Made by a program: the position numbers and the translations under genes | The notes under the pieces: generated by a model | The model's database searches: none | What the model was told of the DNA's origin: nothing | The model's input: only the letters and a program-made list of their open reading frames with translations | Shown here: positions 10,300 through 20,031 of the stretch, in pieces | How the letters are laid out: each line of letters opens with the position of its first letter | Position numbering within the stretch: the first letter of the stretch is position 1 | Source of the DNA: an uncultured Bacteroidales bacterium | GTDB taxonomy: Bacteria > Bacteroidota > Bacteroidia > Bacteroidales > F082 | Assembly: GCA_905234645.1 (NCBI GenBank) | Contig: CAJOIS010000002.1 | Location: forward strand, 59,326 to 123,325 | Direction: 5' to 3' | DNA: 64,000 bases

Positions 10300-11298
10300 C
10301 TATCTACATTTTAGGAGGCAACCTCCCCATGAATAGCCTACACCGAACCCAGCAACAACCACATTCCCCAGCAATCTACCCTCTTTTCGTGCTTCCGATA
10401 AAGCGATCGGAATTGTTGACGACACCGTGTTGCCAACCTCGGACATATAGAAATAGGCCTTGTGCTCGTCAATCTCCATCAAATCGAACAAGCAATCCAG
10501 CATGTATTTGTTGGCTTGATGGAACACATAAAGGTCGACATCATCTTGACTGACATTATTTTTGGCAATTACTTTGTCGACGGCATCCGGAACCGTATCC
10601 AATGTGAAATTGAATATCTCCGAACCATTCATATACAAATGGTCCGAAGAGACCGGATTCCCCGATTTGTCGTAAGCCATGTCGCCGATCCGACCAGGAT
10701 GGCGCATCGCTCCCGACTTTACTATTAGGTCTTCTGCCCCTTTGCCATCCGTGCCCAATTCACAACTGCCTATCTCGGCAAATCCATCCGACGACACCAA
10801 AGTAGCCGTCGCTGCATCTCCGAAAATCGTTCGGTTGCCCTTATCGCGCTCATGTATGTATTTCGAATAGGTCTCCGCTGTCAAAAGCAAAACATTGCTG
10901 GCCGTATGGCTTTCGACCAGTCCCTTTGCCAACGCCAGACCGTAAACGAAACCCGAACACCCCAAATTGAAGTCCAAAGCGCCGCATGACGTCTTCAGCC
11001 CCAGACGACGCTGAAGCAAACAGGCTGTTGTCGGAAGGAAATAGTCAGGACTTTGTGTGCACAACAAGACAAAATCTATGCAATTCTTGTCGACATTCCA
11101 CTCGTCAAACAAGGATAAGGCCGCCTTTTCCGCTAAGTCAGAAGCGCACTCATCGCTCTTAACGACATGCCTATTGACCACTCCCACCTTTTTGGCAATC
11201 TTTTCCACCGACCATTCGGGGAAGTCCTCGACCAAGGCCTGGTTAGACAAGATTGTTTCGGGCAAATAGTAGGATATTGCCTTGATGAAAGTCGCCAT
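10300..11298 (-). CDS. FabH-like 3-oxoacyl-ACP synthase III family protein
   Basis: Cys-His-Asn triad motifs GCSGFVYGL, FHQANKYM and GNTVSSTIP. Its stop abuts the MBOAT ATG. Confidence 0.85.
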   Translation of the reverse strand: MATFIKAISYYLPETILSNQALVEDFPEWSVEKIAKKVGVVNRHVVKSDECASDLAEKAALSLFDEWNVDKNCIDFVLLCTQSPDYFLPTTACLLQRRLGLKTSCGALDFNLGCSGFVYGLALAKGLVESHTASNVLLLTAETYSKYIHERDKGNRTIFGDAATATLVSSDGFAEIGSCELGTDGKGAEDLIVKSGAMRHPGRIGDMAYDKSGNPVSSDHLYMNGSEIFNFTLDTVPDAVDKVIAKNNVSQDDVDLYVFHQANKYMLDCLFDLMEIDEHKAYFYMSEVGNTVSSTIPIALSEARKEGRLLGNVVVAGFGVGYSWGGCLLKCR

Positions 11299-11531
11299 TA
11301 TCCTAGTTTGTTCGTGACCAGTTCATACACATCCTGAATCGTATCGGCCTCTTGTATTTCGGCCCCACTGATTCTGATGCCATAGTTTTTTCTGCACATG
11401 GCAATAATTGTCAATCCTTGTAGAGAGCTCCATTCCTCCAACTCTTTGAACTTCAGCATTGGAGAAAACGCTTCTGCTTCAGTATCGTCAAAACACTCAG
11501 CAAAATTTGATACAAATTGATTGATATCCAT
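11298..11531 (-). CDS. Dedicated acyl carrier protein (77 aa)
   Basis: Small and acidic. EWSSLQGL matches the W-D/S-S-L phosphopantetheine-site pattern of glycan-locus carrier proteins. TAATG 1-nt overlap with the KASIII gene. Confidence 0.7.
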   Translation of the reverse strand: MDINQFVSNFAECFDDTEAEAFSPMLKFKELEEWSSLQGLTIIAMCRKNYGIRISGAEIQEADTIQDVYELVTNKLG

Positions 11532-11562
11532 TTCTAATTTTTTTAAAATGAAAACTTCATAC

Positions 11563-12549
11563 TCACTCGAACAAGCCTTTCAATTGTTCCATGAAATTCT
11601 CTTCAAGCCTCTCGACTTTGATTTTGAACGATTTAAAATCCACATTCTGCAAATCATAATTTACAAGCATTTCTGCTATTTTGCTCTCAATTTGCTCGGC
11701 ACACATCCCGTCTTCCATCTTATATTTCTGCGGTATGGCCACATCAAAATCGTTGGAGGCAGCATTATGATTGGCCACCAATATATTGCAGCCATAAAAA
11801 ACGGCCTCCTTCGGCATGCGTTCCGGTCCACCGAAATGGCCAAAATCTACATAGAGTTTCGATTTTTTGTATCTCTCAGCCAAACCTTCTGGAGTATACC
11901 CTTTCAACGGGACATAATTGAAGCGGCCTCTTTCCAACAGTTCCGTCATGATGGCCGACGGCTTGCTCGGGTTATACAGCACCACGTCCTCCCGTTCGGT
12001 GGGAAGATCCACATTGCCCATCCTCAGGAAGTCCAAACTGATGGGCTCGACCAAATAATCCACCTTTGATTGCTTATACGACTGACTGACATACAAATAA
12101 GTGTATTTCGATGCACACAAATGCCAGCAATTGTCGGGATTGAAATCGATATGGCGATAATGGCTCAGATCCTCATGCAAAAGTCTTCGTTTCATTAGAG
12201 TGGCACGCTCTTTCAATGTACCTTTCTTCACCTCGTTTGCATGAAGGCTCAGCCACCAAATGCATTTCTGTGCTTTCTTGAAACCATTAAGACACCATGG
12301 TGCATTTTCCGGAGCAATAATATAATTACCGACCTCATCCTCAATCTCTCCATACCTAACCACAGAAACCTCATATTGCTTATAGCGATCTATCGATTGC
12401 ACGTCTGGGAAACCCGAATAAGTATAATAAACTGTATAGACAGCCATTCCCAACTTACGCATGTAATACGCCAGTTGGTGCAATGCTTCGGGACCTCCCG
12501 AGCAGAAATGAGCTGGGGTGAATATATAATATCTTGCCTTATTACCCAT
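11563..12549 (-). CDS. Hypothetical, possibly GT-B fold glycosyltransferase
   Basis: C-terminal FGGPERMPKEAVFYGCNILV resembles the GT-B E..EA..G motif. The ATG at 12549 (MGNKARYYIF) overlaps the upstream stop as ATGGGTAA. Confidence 0.4.
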   Translation of the reverse strand: MGNKARYYIFTPAHFCSGGPEALHQLAYYMRKLGMAVYTVYYTYSGFPDVQSIDRYKQYEVSVVRYGEIEDEVGNYIIAPENAPWCLNGFKKAQKCIWWLSLHANEVKKGTLKERATLMKRRLLHEDLSHYRHIDFNPDNCWHLCASKYTYLYVSQSYKQSKVDYLVEPISLDFLRMGNVDLPTEREDVVLYNPSKPSAIMTELLERGRFNYVPLKGYTPEGLAERYKKSKLYVDFGHFGGPERMPKEAVFYGCNILVANHNAASNDFDVAIPQKYKMEDGMCAEQIESKIAEMLVNYDLQNVDFKSFKIKVERLEENFMEQLKGLFE

Positions 12550-13597
12550 TGTGATATAAACGCTTGGTACAAACCGTAAGCCACACATTCGTTAACCGCC
12601 TGGCAAAGCTTGGCAATTCATTGGCATAATAACGTGCCATCCAAATCGGGTTCTGTTTTACTAATAGCCACAAACCATACTCCCGTCTGTTTGACACCCC
12701 TTTTCGCATGATGCGCGCATCCTCTTTGTCCCAATACTTACGGTACTGCTTAATAAAACCAGTTTTATTTGCTTCATAAAACATATACACAATTTCCTCA
12801 AACAACATGTGGTAATAGGCGATGTCTTCAATTCCATTATCTTCCCACACGCTATCCGCGGTTTTCCTTATTCGCTGTTTGTCTGTAAAATTCTTCAAGG
12901 TTATCTTTGTGGTAGTCGACCCTTCCCGACCCACCCTATAGACATAGAAAGGCTCCTCAACATGAACAGTTTTAATCGTTCCGTCTTCTCTGACGAAAAG
13001 TTGGTAATTGAACAGGGCGTCCTCATATTTCAACCCTCCCTCATAATGCAACCCAATCTTCCTCCAATACGAACTTGAGTAAACATAGGAATATGGATTC
13101 GCCAGGATTCCCATGCCACAATTATAAGCATAACCGAAAAAAGACCTGAGATTCATCGTTAGAATAGATTTTTTTCCATGTGTCCACAGTCTCTTCCCTT
13201 GGTTGGTAACAACGCAATCGAGATAAACAACATCCACTTTATCAGCGACTTCAATGGCTTGTTTTATTGTTGCTATAGCATGAGATTTCAAATAATCGTC
13301 ACTATCCATAAAATAGAAGAAGTCTCCTTGGGCATGCTCTGCACCTAGATTTCTTGCCAACCCTTGTCCCCCATTAGCCTGATCAAAAACCGTAATAATA
13401 CTAGGATATTTCTCATTGTATTCTTGAAGTATGGCGCGACTTCCGTCAGTTGAACCGTCGTTGACGGCTATCACTTCACAGTTGTCCAAATCTTGGGCAA
13501 AAAGCGAATCAAGGCATTCCCTCAGGCATGACTCAACATTATAGACAGGTATGATGATGGAAAGAAGCATGGTTTGTTCATCTAAAGTATTTGTCAA
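12542..13597 (-). CDS. Glycosyltransferase family 2
   Basis: LLSIIIPVYNVESCLRECLDSL..VNDGSTDGS..MDSDD. The alternative start at 13570 is equally plausible. Confidence 0.85.
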   Translation of the reverse strand: MTNTLDEQTMLLSIIIPVYNVESCLRECLDSLFAQDLDNCEVIAVNDGSTDGSRAILQEYNEKYPSIITVFDQANGGQGLARNLGAEHAQGDFFYFMDSDDYLKSHAIATIKQAIEVADKVDVVYLDCVVTNQGKRLWTHGKKSILTMNLRSFFGYAYNCGMGILANPYSYVYSSSYWRKIGLHYEGGLKYEDALFNYQLFVREDGTIKTVHVEEPFYVYRVGREGSTTTKITLKNFTDKQRIRKTADSVWEDNGIEDIAYYHMLFEEIVYMFYEANKTGFIKQYRKYWDKEDARIMRKGVSNRREYGLWLLVKQNPIWMARYYANELPSFARRLTNVWLTVCTKRLYHNG

Positions 13598-14393
13598 AAA
13601 AGCGACACAATACCAGCGAAGCGGTTATCAGCTTATGGTACAGCTTTTTTTTATGACCATATTGCAACACACCCTCTACCTGATTATCGGACAACCGTGT
13701 TTGCATATTTTTTAATCTAGCATAGTCAGCCTGCACCATTTGAGGTATGTATTTTGCCTGAAGTCTCGCTCGCTCATCTTTGAGAAGTCCTTGATTAGTA
13801 GAACTAATTCCCGATGTGTCATAGACAGAAACAAGCTCATCAAGATGACAGAAACTACCGTTACTAAATGCCAACTTCAGCCAAAACTCATAGTCAGAAG
13901 CAATGCGCATATTCTCATCATAACCTTCTTTAACAAGCACCTCCCGCTTAATGAAAGAAGAACTGTGCGACAAGCAACTTTGATAAAGAAACTCAAAGGT
14001 CATGGGTGAAGGATTGTGCCATTCAGCATCATAATCTGTATAATGAAACAAACAATCTCCATACATCACGTCGGCATTAAACTCATGGGCAAAACACTTC
14101 TCCAAAGAATTCTCATTGTAAAGCCAATCACCACTATTCATAAACAAGAGATAATCACCTTTTGCCTGAGCCATGCCCTTATTCATGGCATTATAAACGC
14201 CCTTATCCGGCTCGCTCACCCAATAAGCAAAATTATCCGCATTCTGTTCAATCAGCTCACGGCTACCATCTGTGGAACCACCATCGATGACAACCCACTC
14301 AAAATCACGGAAGGTTTGGGACACAATACTATCGATGGTCTTTTGAAGACCGTCTCGATTGTTGAAGTTGATAGTTATTATTGAGAGTTTCAT
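13578..14393 (-). CDS. Glycosyltransferase family 2
   Basis: MKLSIITINFNNRDGLQKTI..VIDGGSTDGS..NSGD. The start at 14393 is preferred over the track start at 14411. Confidence 0.85.
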   Translation of the reverse strand: MKLSIITINFNNRDGLQKTIDSIVSQTFRDFEWVVIDGGSTDGSRELIEQNADNFAYWVSEPDKGVYNAMNKGMAQAKGDYLLFMNSGDWLYNENSLEKCFAHEFNADVMYGDCLFHYTDYDAEWHNPSPMTFEFLYQSCLSHSSSFIKREVLVKEGYDENMRIASDYEFWLKLAFSNGSFCHLDELVSVYDTSGISSTNQGLLKDERARLQAKYIPQMVQADYARLKNMQTRLSDNQVEGVLQYGHKKKLYHKLITASLVLCRFFDKYFR

Positions 14394-14411
14394 TGTTTCA
14401 AAAAAAAACAA

Positions 14412-15572
14412 CTACAGTAGTGAGTCATATATTCTTTTCAACATCTTCGCAGACTTTCCCCAAGAATATTGCTCCGCCTGTGCTCTCCCTTTTTGGATCA
14501 TTCTTTCCCTCAAGTCTGTTCCCGACAAATAAAAAGCAGCAAATCTTTCATACAAATCGCCAGGCTCATTGATATCAAAATAAAGAGCCGCATCTCCTGC
14601 CACTTCCGGAAAGCAACTCGCGTTATTTAGCATCACAGGACAATCATTGACAAATGCCTCAATAATCGGGAAGCCAAAGCCCTCGTACGCCGATGGGAAA
14701 ACAAAGGCTACTGCATAGTGATAAAGATTTCTCAAAGCCGCTTCATCAACAAAACGATGTACCACATTTGCGCCCATATCCAAATCGGCAAGCCTTCTCC
14801 TCTCGTTGTTGTTGAAATCCTTTCCCGTACATACAATGTGCATTTCTGGGAAACGTTGGATTATTTTTGAGCATTCTTCGATGAAAGAAGAATAATTTTT
14901 ATAACCATTCCGTTCCCCTACATACAAAATGTAAGGAAAATCAAACAAAGGATGCTTCAAGCAATCGTCATCTGCATACTCTGGTCTGCCATGCGGAATC
15001 ACCGTGATTCTCTCTGGAAGAATGTTGAGTATATTCACCAAATCCTCTTTAGTTCTTGTTGATGGCACATGAATGTGAGCAGCCAACGGACACAGTCTCC
15101 TTTTTTGGACAATCTGACAATCTGCCCCATACTGCGACGGCATTAACTCTGGAATCATATCATGAACCGTCGTTACGAAAGGCTTTTCTTTCAAATAAGG
15201 CAGAAAATAAGAATCAAAAAACGTTGGCTCAAACACATCAAAACGCTGCCTTTTTAACAATTTAACACAATAATCCTTATTAAAATGGAGACAATCATCT
15301 GTAATGTTCCACAACCCTAATGCTTTTCTAGTCAATACCCTTTGACCCTTAAACAAACGACGGCCTTCAAACAATTTTTCATGTCTATAATATAGCGGTT
15401 TGACCCCCTGCGCAATTCTTTTTTCTCGCAAATACACATTATCACTTTCCTTTATGCCGACAATACAGTCGGCACCCTCATTACAAAGATGAGAAACCAA
15501 CTCAGCATACGAGCGGGAGACACCTCCTATACGTTGCATTTCAAATGCCTGATAGTCAAAAAAAACACGCAT
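14412..15572 (-). CDS. Glycosyltransferase family 4 (GT-B)
   Basis: C-terminal FVFPSAYEGFGFPIIEAFVNDCPV (E-x7-E region). Confidence 0.85.
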   Translation of the reverse strand: MRVFFDYQAFEMQRIGGVSRSYAELVSHLCNEGADCIVGIKESDNVYLREKRIAQGVKPLYYRHEKLFEGRRLFKGQRVLTRKALGLWNITDDCLHFNKDYCVKLLKRQRFDVFEPTFFDSYFLPYLKEKPFVTTVHDMIPELMPSQYGADCQIVQKRRLCPLAAHIHVPSTRTKEDLVNILNILPERITVIPHGRPEYADDDCLKHPLFDFPYILYVGERNGYKNYSSFIEECSKIIQRFPEMHIVCTGKDFNNNERRRLADLDMGANVVHRFVDEAALRNLYHYAVAFVFPSAYEGFGFPIIEAFVNDCPVMLNNASCFPEVAGDAALYFDINEPGDLYERFAAFYLSGTDLRERMIQKGRAQAEQYSWGKSAKMLKRIYDSLL

Positions 15573-15579
15573 ATGAGAA

Positions 15580-16359
15580 TCAAATCCGTTTGCCTGTTAA
15601 TCTATAATAATCCTCTCCAAGAAGTGACTCCCTATCATTCAAGCCCAACACCAATCGTGCTATTATCGGATGATTGAACGCAAGGTTGATTTTCTTCTCC
15701 GGTATCGTTTTATCTGAAAAAATGATGATGCCATGTTTAGCATACAAGCATTTGTCAAACTTCTCAGCTATCACACTCAGACTCTTCCGGGAATAAAACG
15801 CTACATGTTGCCCAGTTTCAGTAGCATAATACCACCAATCCATTACACGAGGAGCTGGTTGTGGAATAATCTCAGAGGTACATATCAGAGTGTCAGACAA
15901 TGCGAACAACTTTTCAAAAACTTCCAACGGATTAGGCAAATGCTCAAGCAATTCAAAAGAAGTCACAACTTCATAATGATCCCGCTGCATTTCATGTCCC
16001 TTAGCAAACAGATTCTCACAATACTCATCATACCATTCAAAGTCCCATCCTTTATCACGCATCATTCTAACAAACATCCCATAACCTCCGCCAAAATCAA
16101 GCAGTTGTCCTGTCGGATTAATAATCTTCAGAACAGTATCAACCACATTTGAAAGATGGATATTCCTTGCAACCAAACCAATATCACTATCCGTGATTGC
16201 CGAGGAGTAAGCTTCCTTAAGCCAATAGGGTTCTTCTGTTTGTACGAATCCGCAATATTGACATGCGCAATAATGTACGGAATACTTACCGAGCACTGTC
16301 GCGTGGTCAAAACACTCTGTTTTTCCCCCACATATTTTGCATTTCAAATCCTTATTCAT
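15580..16359 (-). CDS. Class I SAM methyltransferase with N-terminal 4-Cys zinc ribbon
   Basis: CKICGG..CACQYCG followed by LLDFGGGYGMF (motif I). The ATG at 16359 overlaps the upstream TAA as ATGAATAA, which suggests translational coupling. Confidence 0.75.
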   Translation of the reverse strand: MNKDLKCKICGGKTECFDHATVLGKYSVHYCACQYCGFVQTEEPYWLKEAYSSAITDSDIGLVARNIHLSNVVDTVLKIINPTGQLLDFGGGYGMFVRMMRDKGWDFEWYDEYCENLFAKGHEMQRDHYEVVTSFELLEHLPNPLEVFEKLFALSDTLICTSEIIPQPAPRVMDWWYYATETGQHVAFYSRKSLSVIAEKFDKCLYAKHGIIIFSDKTIPEKKINLAFNHPIIARLVLGLNDRESLLGEDYYRLTGKRI

Positions 16360-17770
16360 GCATTTCTTTTCTTTTTTCACCGATATAAACAATCCTATTG
16401 GTTTCCAGCTCTTCACGATGAATTAAAACAAAAAACTCCTCGAAAGCACGCTTAAACGATCCCTCTGTATACCATTCCGGCATCGGAGACATCTTTTGAC
16501 CATCATGTACCCCCAGAGCTTCATATTCAACAACAATATATTTATTTGTGTATAATGAAAACCTTTCAAAAGCCGCATATAGAGGAACTCCTTGTTGTAA
16601 TACGAGGCGATTTGGCATAGTACAAGCTATTGCAATATCAGATTGAACTCGTGAACAGAGCGATGCCAGATCAAATGGAAAAACAATGTTAGAGTAAAGA
16701 ACATCTATGGGCAGTTCGTTCTCCTTGAAGTATAAATAAGTCCTGTCAACGGCAGTCCCATCATAATTAATGACGAAAACATGATCAAACTGTCCTGATT
16801 GATGCAACAAGACCGAAAGACTCCCAATATTTCCAGACAAATCAACGGCGCTTCTAGCATCAGAGCAGTGTGCTTTTATTAAATCGACAATTTTCACAAA
16901 TTGTGAAATTTGTTTCCCTTGTCCTACTGGACACCGATCATTTTTCCTGACATCACGATTCTTTTTACTCAGCTTTACGACATCCTCTATTGTAGGATTA
17001 ACGAACCCATAACTACAAGTAATATGGAAGACATCTTTCTTTAGTACACAATTCGAGACTCTGTTGACCAATTGGAACAACCATACCGGCGAACTTCCGT
17101 TGAAAGAAAACCTGAACTGTCTAATATGTATCTGGTATGAAGATGAAAGCAATACTTTTTGTCTGAAGAAGGGAGTATCAAGGAATGATTGTCTAGGAAG
17201 AAGGCGATTCTCGGAAAACATATCGTTTGCGTCAAGAATATTTCTAAGGATGCTGTATTCTTCATCAACCCACAATAAAAGCAAGAGATAACACTTTTGA
17301 AGGAATTCTTCTTTCGCGACCCATTCTTTTCCCTTCCTTTTAATAATACTACCAATATCAAAAAAAACCGGCCTGCCTTTATGGAAGGTTACATTAAATG
17401 GATGGGCATCTTTTAACTCATACCCATATTGATTGCACAATTCATTAACTTTTAAGATATGAATTGCTGCATCCTTGAACATTTCAAATGACCACTCATT
17501 TGGTTTACTAATGTAGCACGTTTCATGTTTCAAAACAAGAGGATTTCCCTCAATCTGAATCTCGTCCGTAATATAAGTATTGGGAATAAACCTCAATTGG
17601 ATTAGTTTCTGAAACAACTCCGATTCCAACAATTCCCTACAAAGAACTTCCGATGATTTATAAATCATACGGTAATACCCTCCCCCATATTCAAAAACCC
17701 GGCCAAAAGTATCCACAACAGAAGGGCCACAAAAATGAAGGTCTTTTATCTTAATCATCGAAAAGTCCAT
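16352..17770 (-). CDS. Two-domain protein: N-terminal kinase-like module plus C-terminal Rossmann methyltransferase-like module
   Basis: LKDAHPFNVTF..FFDIGS resembles the HGDLHPGN / IDxG catalytic motifs of APH/choline-kinase-type kinases. The C-terminal VDLSGNIG..VFVINYD resembles SAM-MTase motifs I/II. The alternative start at 17758 forms an ATGA overlap with wzt. Confidence 0.6.
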   Translation of the reverse strand: MDFSMIKIKDLHFCGPSVVDTFGRVFEYGGGYYRMIYKSSEVLCRELLESELFQKLIQLRFIPNTYITDEIQIEGNPLVLKHETCYISKPNEWSFEMFKDAAIHILKVNELCNQYGYELKDAHPFNVTFHKGRPVFFDIGSIIKRKGKEWVAKEEFLQKCYLLLLLWVDEEYSILRNILDANDMFSENRLLPRQSFLDTPFFRQKVLLSSSYQIHIRQFRFSFNGSSPVWLFQLVNRVSNCVLKKDVFHITCSYGFVNPTIEDVVKLSKKNRDVRKNDRCPVGQGKQISQFVKIVDLIKAHCSDARSAVDLSGNIGSLSVLLHQSGQFDHVFVINYDGTAVDRTYLYFKENELPIDVLYSNIVFPFDLASLCSRVQSDIAIACTMPNRLVLQQGVPLYAAFERFSLYTNKYIVVEYEALGVHDGQKMSPMPEWYTEGSFKRAFEEFFVLIHREELETNRIVYIGEKRKEMHE

Positions 17771-19026
17771 TTTTGATCAACAAGACACATACTTCTTCCG
17801 AGCGGATAAAATCCCGTCTTACAGAAAGTGCTTTGTATTACTTTAAACTCGATTGCGTGCTGCACATAATCGATCATATTGCCACTGGTGTCAAAACATA
17901 CCAAATTGACAAAATACTCACCTGCTCTTAATGCAAAATCCGGACTAATGTCGATTCTTACCGTTGTGTCCCTAGTCAATGTTACCGAGGTCCCCAATAC
18001 GGATTTCGAGTCCATCCAAAGAGCACATTCATTTTGCATTGTATAAATGCTAACCCCAATTCTCGGATTTATGATTTTCTCTTTAGGTGATAATACAATT
18101 TCAATAGAGAGAGGGGTATCATCATTGATTGTGCTAGCGCCAGATAATCCATCAATCCGTATAGCAGTAACTCGGCATATACCACTTCCCTCTCGGTCAG
18201 TCCTATCATTTATAGCAACAGCATTATTTGTCGTCTCGCACCTCAGATAATAATCCACACATTCATCGGCTTTCCCCGTAAAATCAACAATACCGTTTTT
18301 CAATACGACGCCATTGATACACAAATTCCTTACCGCCGCCATATTGTGGCTTACAAACAGAACGGTCCTTCCCTCTCCCTTACTTACATCCTGCATCTTT
18401 CCAATAGCTTTTTTCTGGAACTCAGCATCACCCACGGCGAGAACTTCGTCTACAACAAGAATTTCAGGTTCAAGGTGAGCAGCTACAGCAAAACCAAGAC
18501 GCACCATCATACCACTAGAATAGCGCTTTACTGGCGTATCAATATAGCGTTCGCAGCCCGAGAAACCAACAATTTCATCCAGTTTACTCTTTATCTCCTG
18601 TTTGGTCATTCCCAAAATAGCACCATTCATATAAATATTTTCTCGTCCTGTCAGTTCCCCATGAAAGCCCGTACCTACTTCCAAAAGGCTAGCGATGCGG
18701 CCCTTTGCCCGAATCGTACCCGTGGTTGGAGCCGTTACTTTTGAAAGGAGTTTCAGCAATGTCGATTTTCCGGCTCCGTTCTTTCCGATAATGCCCACCA
18801 CATCGCCCTGTTCCACCTTGAAATCGATGTCCTTCAAGGCCCAAACATAGTCGCTATCAGCGGCTTTGGATCGATCGTTCACCGAACCCACCTTAAGAAA
18901 CGGGTCTTCCTTCCCCAAGATATTCATTTGCCACCATCTTTGCAGATCACTACTCAGTGTGCCACTGGAGACCAAGCCCAGACGGTACAACTTACTAACA
19001 TTATTGAATTCTATTGCTGTTGACAT
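17755..19026 (-). CDS. wzt: Polysaccharide ABC exporter ATP-binding protein Wzt with ~170-aa C-terminal extension
   Basis: Walker A GKNGAGKST, signature YSSGMMVRL, Walker B ILVVDE. Residues ~250-423 form an extra beta-rich domain (coordinates ~17758-18279). Confidence 0.9.
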   Translation of the reverse strand: MSTAIEFNNVSKLYRLGLVSSGTLSSDLQRWWQMNILGKEDPFLKVGSVNDRSKAADSDYVWALKDIDFKVEQGDVVGIIGKNGAGKSTLLKLLSKVTAPTTGTIRAKGRIASLLEVGTGFHGELTGRENIYMNGAILGMTKQEIKSKLDEIVGFSGCERYIDTPVKRYSSGMMVRLGFAVAAHLEPEILVVDEVLAVGDAEFQKKAIGKMQDVSKGEGRTVLFVSHNMAAVRNLCINGVVLKNGIVDFTGKADECVDYYLRCETTNNAVAINDRTDREGSGICRVTAIRIDGLSGASTINDDTPLSIEIVLSPKEKIINPRIGVSIYTMQNECALWMDSKSVLGTSVTLTRDTTVRIDISPDFALRAGEYFVNLVCFDTSGNMIDYVQHAIEFKVIQSTFCKTGFYPLGRSMCLVDQKWTFR

Positions 19027-19041
19027 AACAACACCTCTTTA

Positions 19042-20031
19042 TCAAACAAATAGTTTTAATAGTTTATCTATGCATCGGACCCATATACTTGTAGCACGAG
19101 GCATGGTTTTCTTCAAATACAAATGAAGCATCTTTTGGATTCTGGTTCTTGGATCATTCAAGCCATTCCTTTTCATCCAATCCTCATCCCATATATCCAA
19201 AAGCGCATACTTCTTTAATCCATCTCTTTTGAAATAACCCAACACTTCTTTGGTATAATACTCTCCATCATCATCCAAATACACATATTTCCATATATCC
19301 AATCCATGGTTTTCATAGAAGCGATAGGCATTTTCTGGAACATCGAAATATTCCAGCTTCTCCTCTTCATGATAGTGTCGATATAAAGATATCTTGCTCT
19401 TTTTCGGGTCTTGTTCAACAGTAGACACCTGATAGAAACGCTCTTTATTACGTTGCCGTAATTGATTCACTCGAGCCAAATGAATGGAACAAAAATCATT
19501 AATCAAAAACTCATGGGATTTATCAGCTTGGGGGGACCAAGGGAGCCTCCATTCATGGATAAAGTTATCAGGAAACTCTCCCTCCCACAACGCCTCCGAC
19601 TCATGCACGCACCAATAATAATGTTGAAACGTGCTATACTTTGTAACATCGCCCTGTTTCAGATTCATCCACCGCCAGCAGAACGAATCGTCGGGTCTGG
19701 AATTGATGATTTTCTGCCAATCACTTGTGTTCACAAAGTCACCTGAAAGGAACTCGTCCGCATCCAAGGTGAATAGTAGTTTCTCTCCCTCAATCTTCTT
19801 TGCTTCTTCGAAGAGAAGTCGCCTGGTAGCCGCCTGGTGCATCTCCTTGCGTTCATTGTCAACCAGAATGACCTTGGGGTATTCCTTGGCAATCTCACGG
19901 CTGCCATCGGTCGACATTTGGTCGGCAATGATGATATAGTCTGCCCATAAAGATGTGGCTTCCAAGAAAGCACGCAGCACCCATGCCTCGTTGCGAACAG
20001 GGGTAAGAACAACGTATAACGGCTTACCCAT
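19042..20031 (-). CDS. Glycosyltransferase family 2-like
   Basis: LYVVLTPVRNEAWVL..IIIADQMSTDGS..LDADE motifs. Confidence 0.6.
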   Translation of the reverse strand: MGKPLYVVLTPVRNEAWVLRAFLEATSLWADYIIIADQMSTDGSREIAKEYPKVILVDNERKEMHQAATRRLLFEEAKKIEGEKLLFTLDADEFLSGDFVNTSDWQKIINSRPDDSFCWRWMNLKQGDVTKYSTFQHYYWCVHESEALWEGEFPDNFIHEWRLPWSPQADKSHEFLINDFCSIHLARVNQLRQRNKERFYQVSTVEQDPKKSKISLYRHYHEEEKLEYFDVPENAYRFYENHGLDIWKYVYLDDDGEYYTKEVLGYFKRDGLKKYALLDIWDEDWMKRNGLNDPRTRIQKMLHLYLKKTMPRATSIWVRCIDKLLKLFV

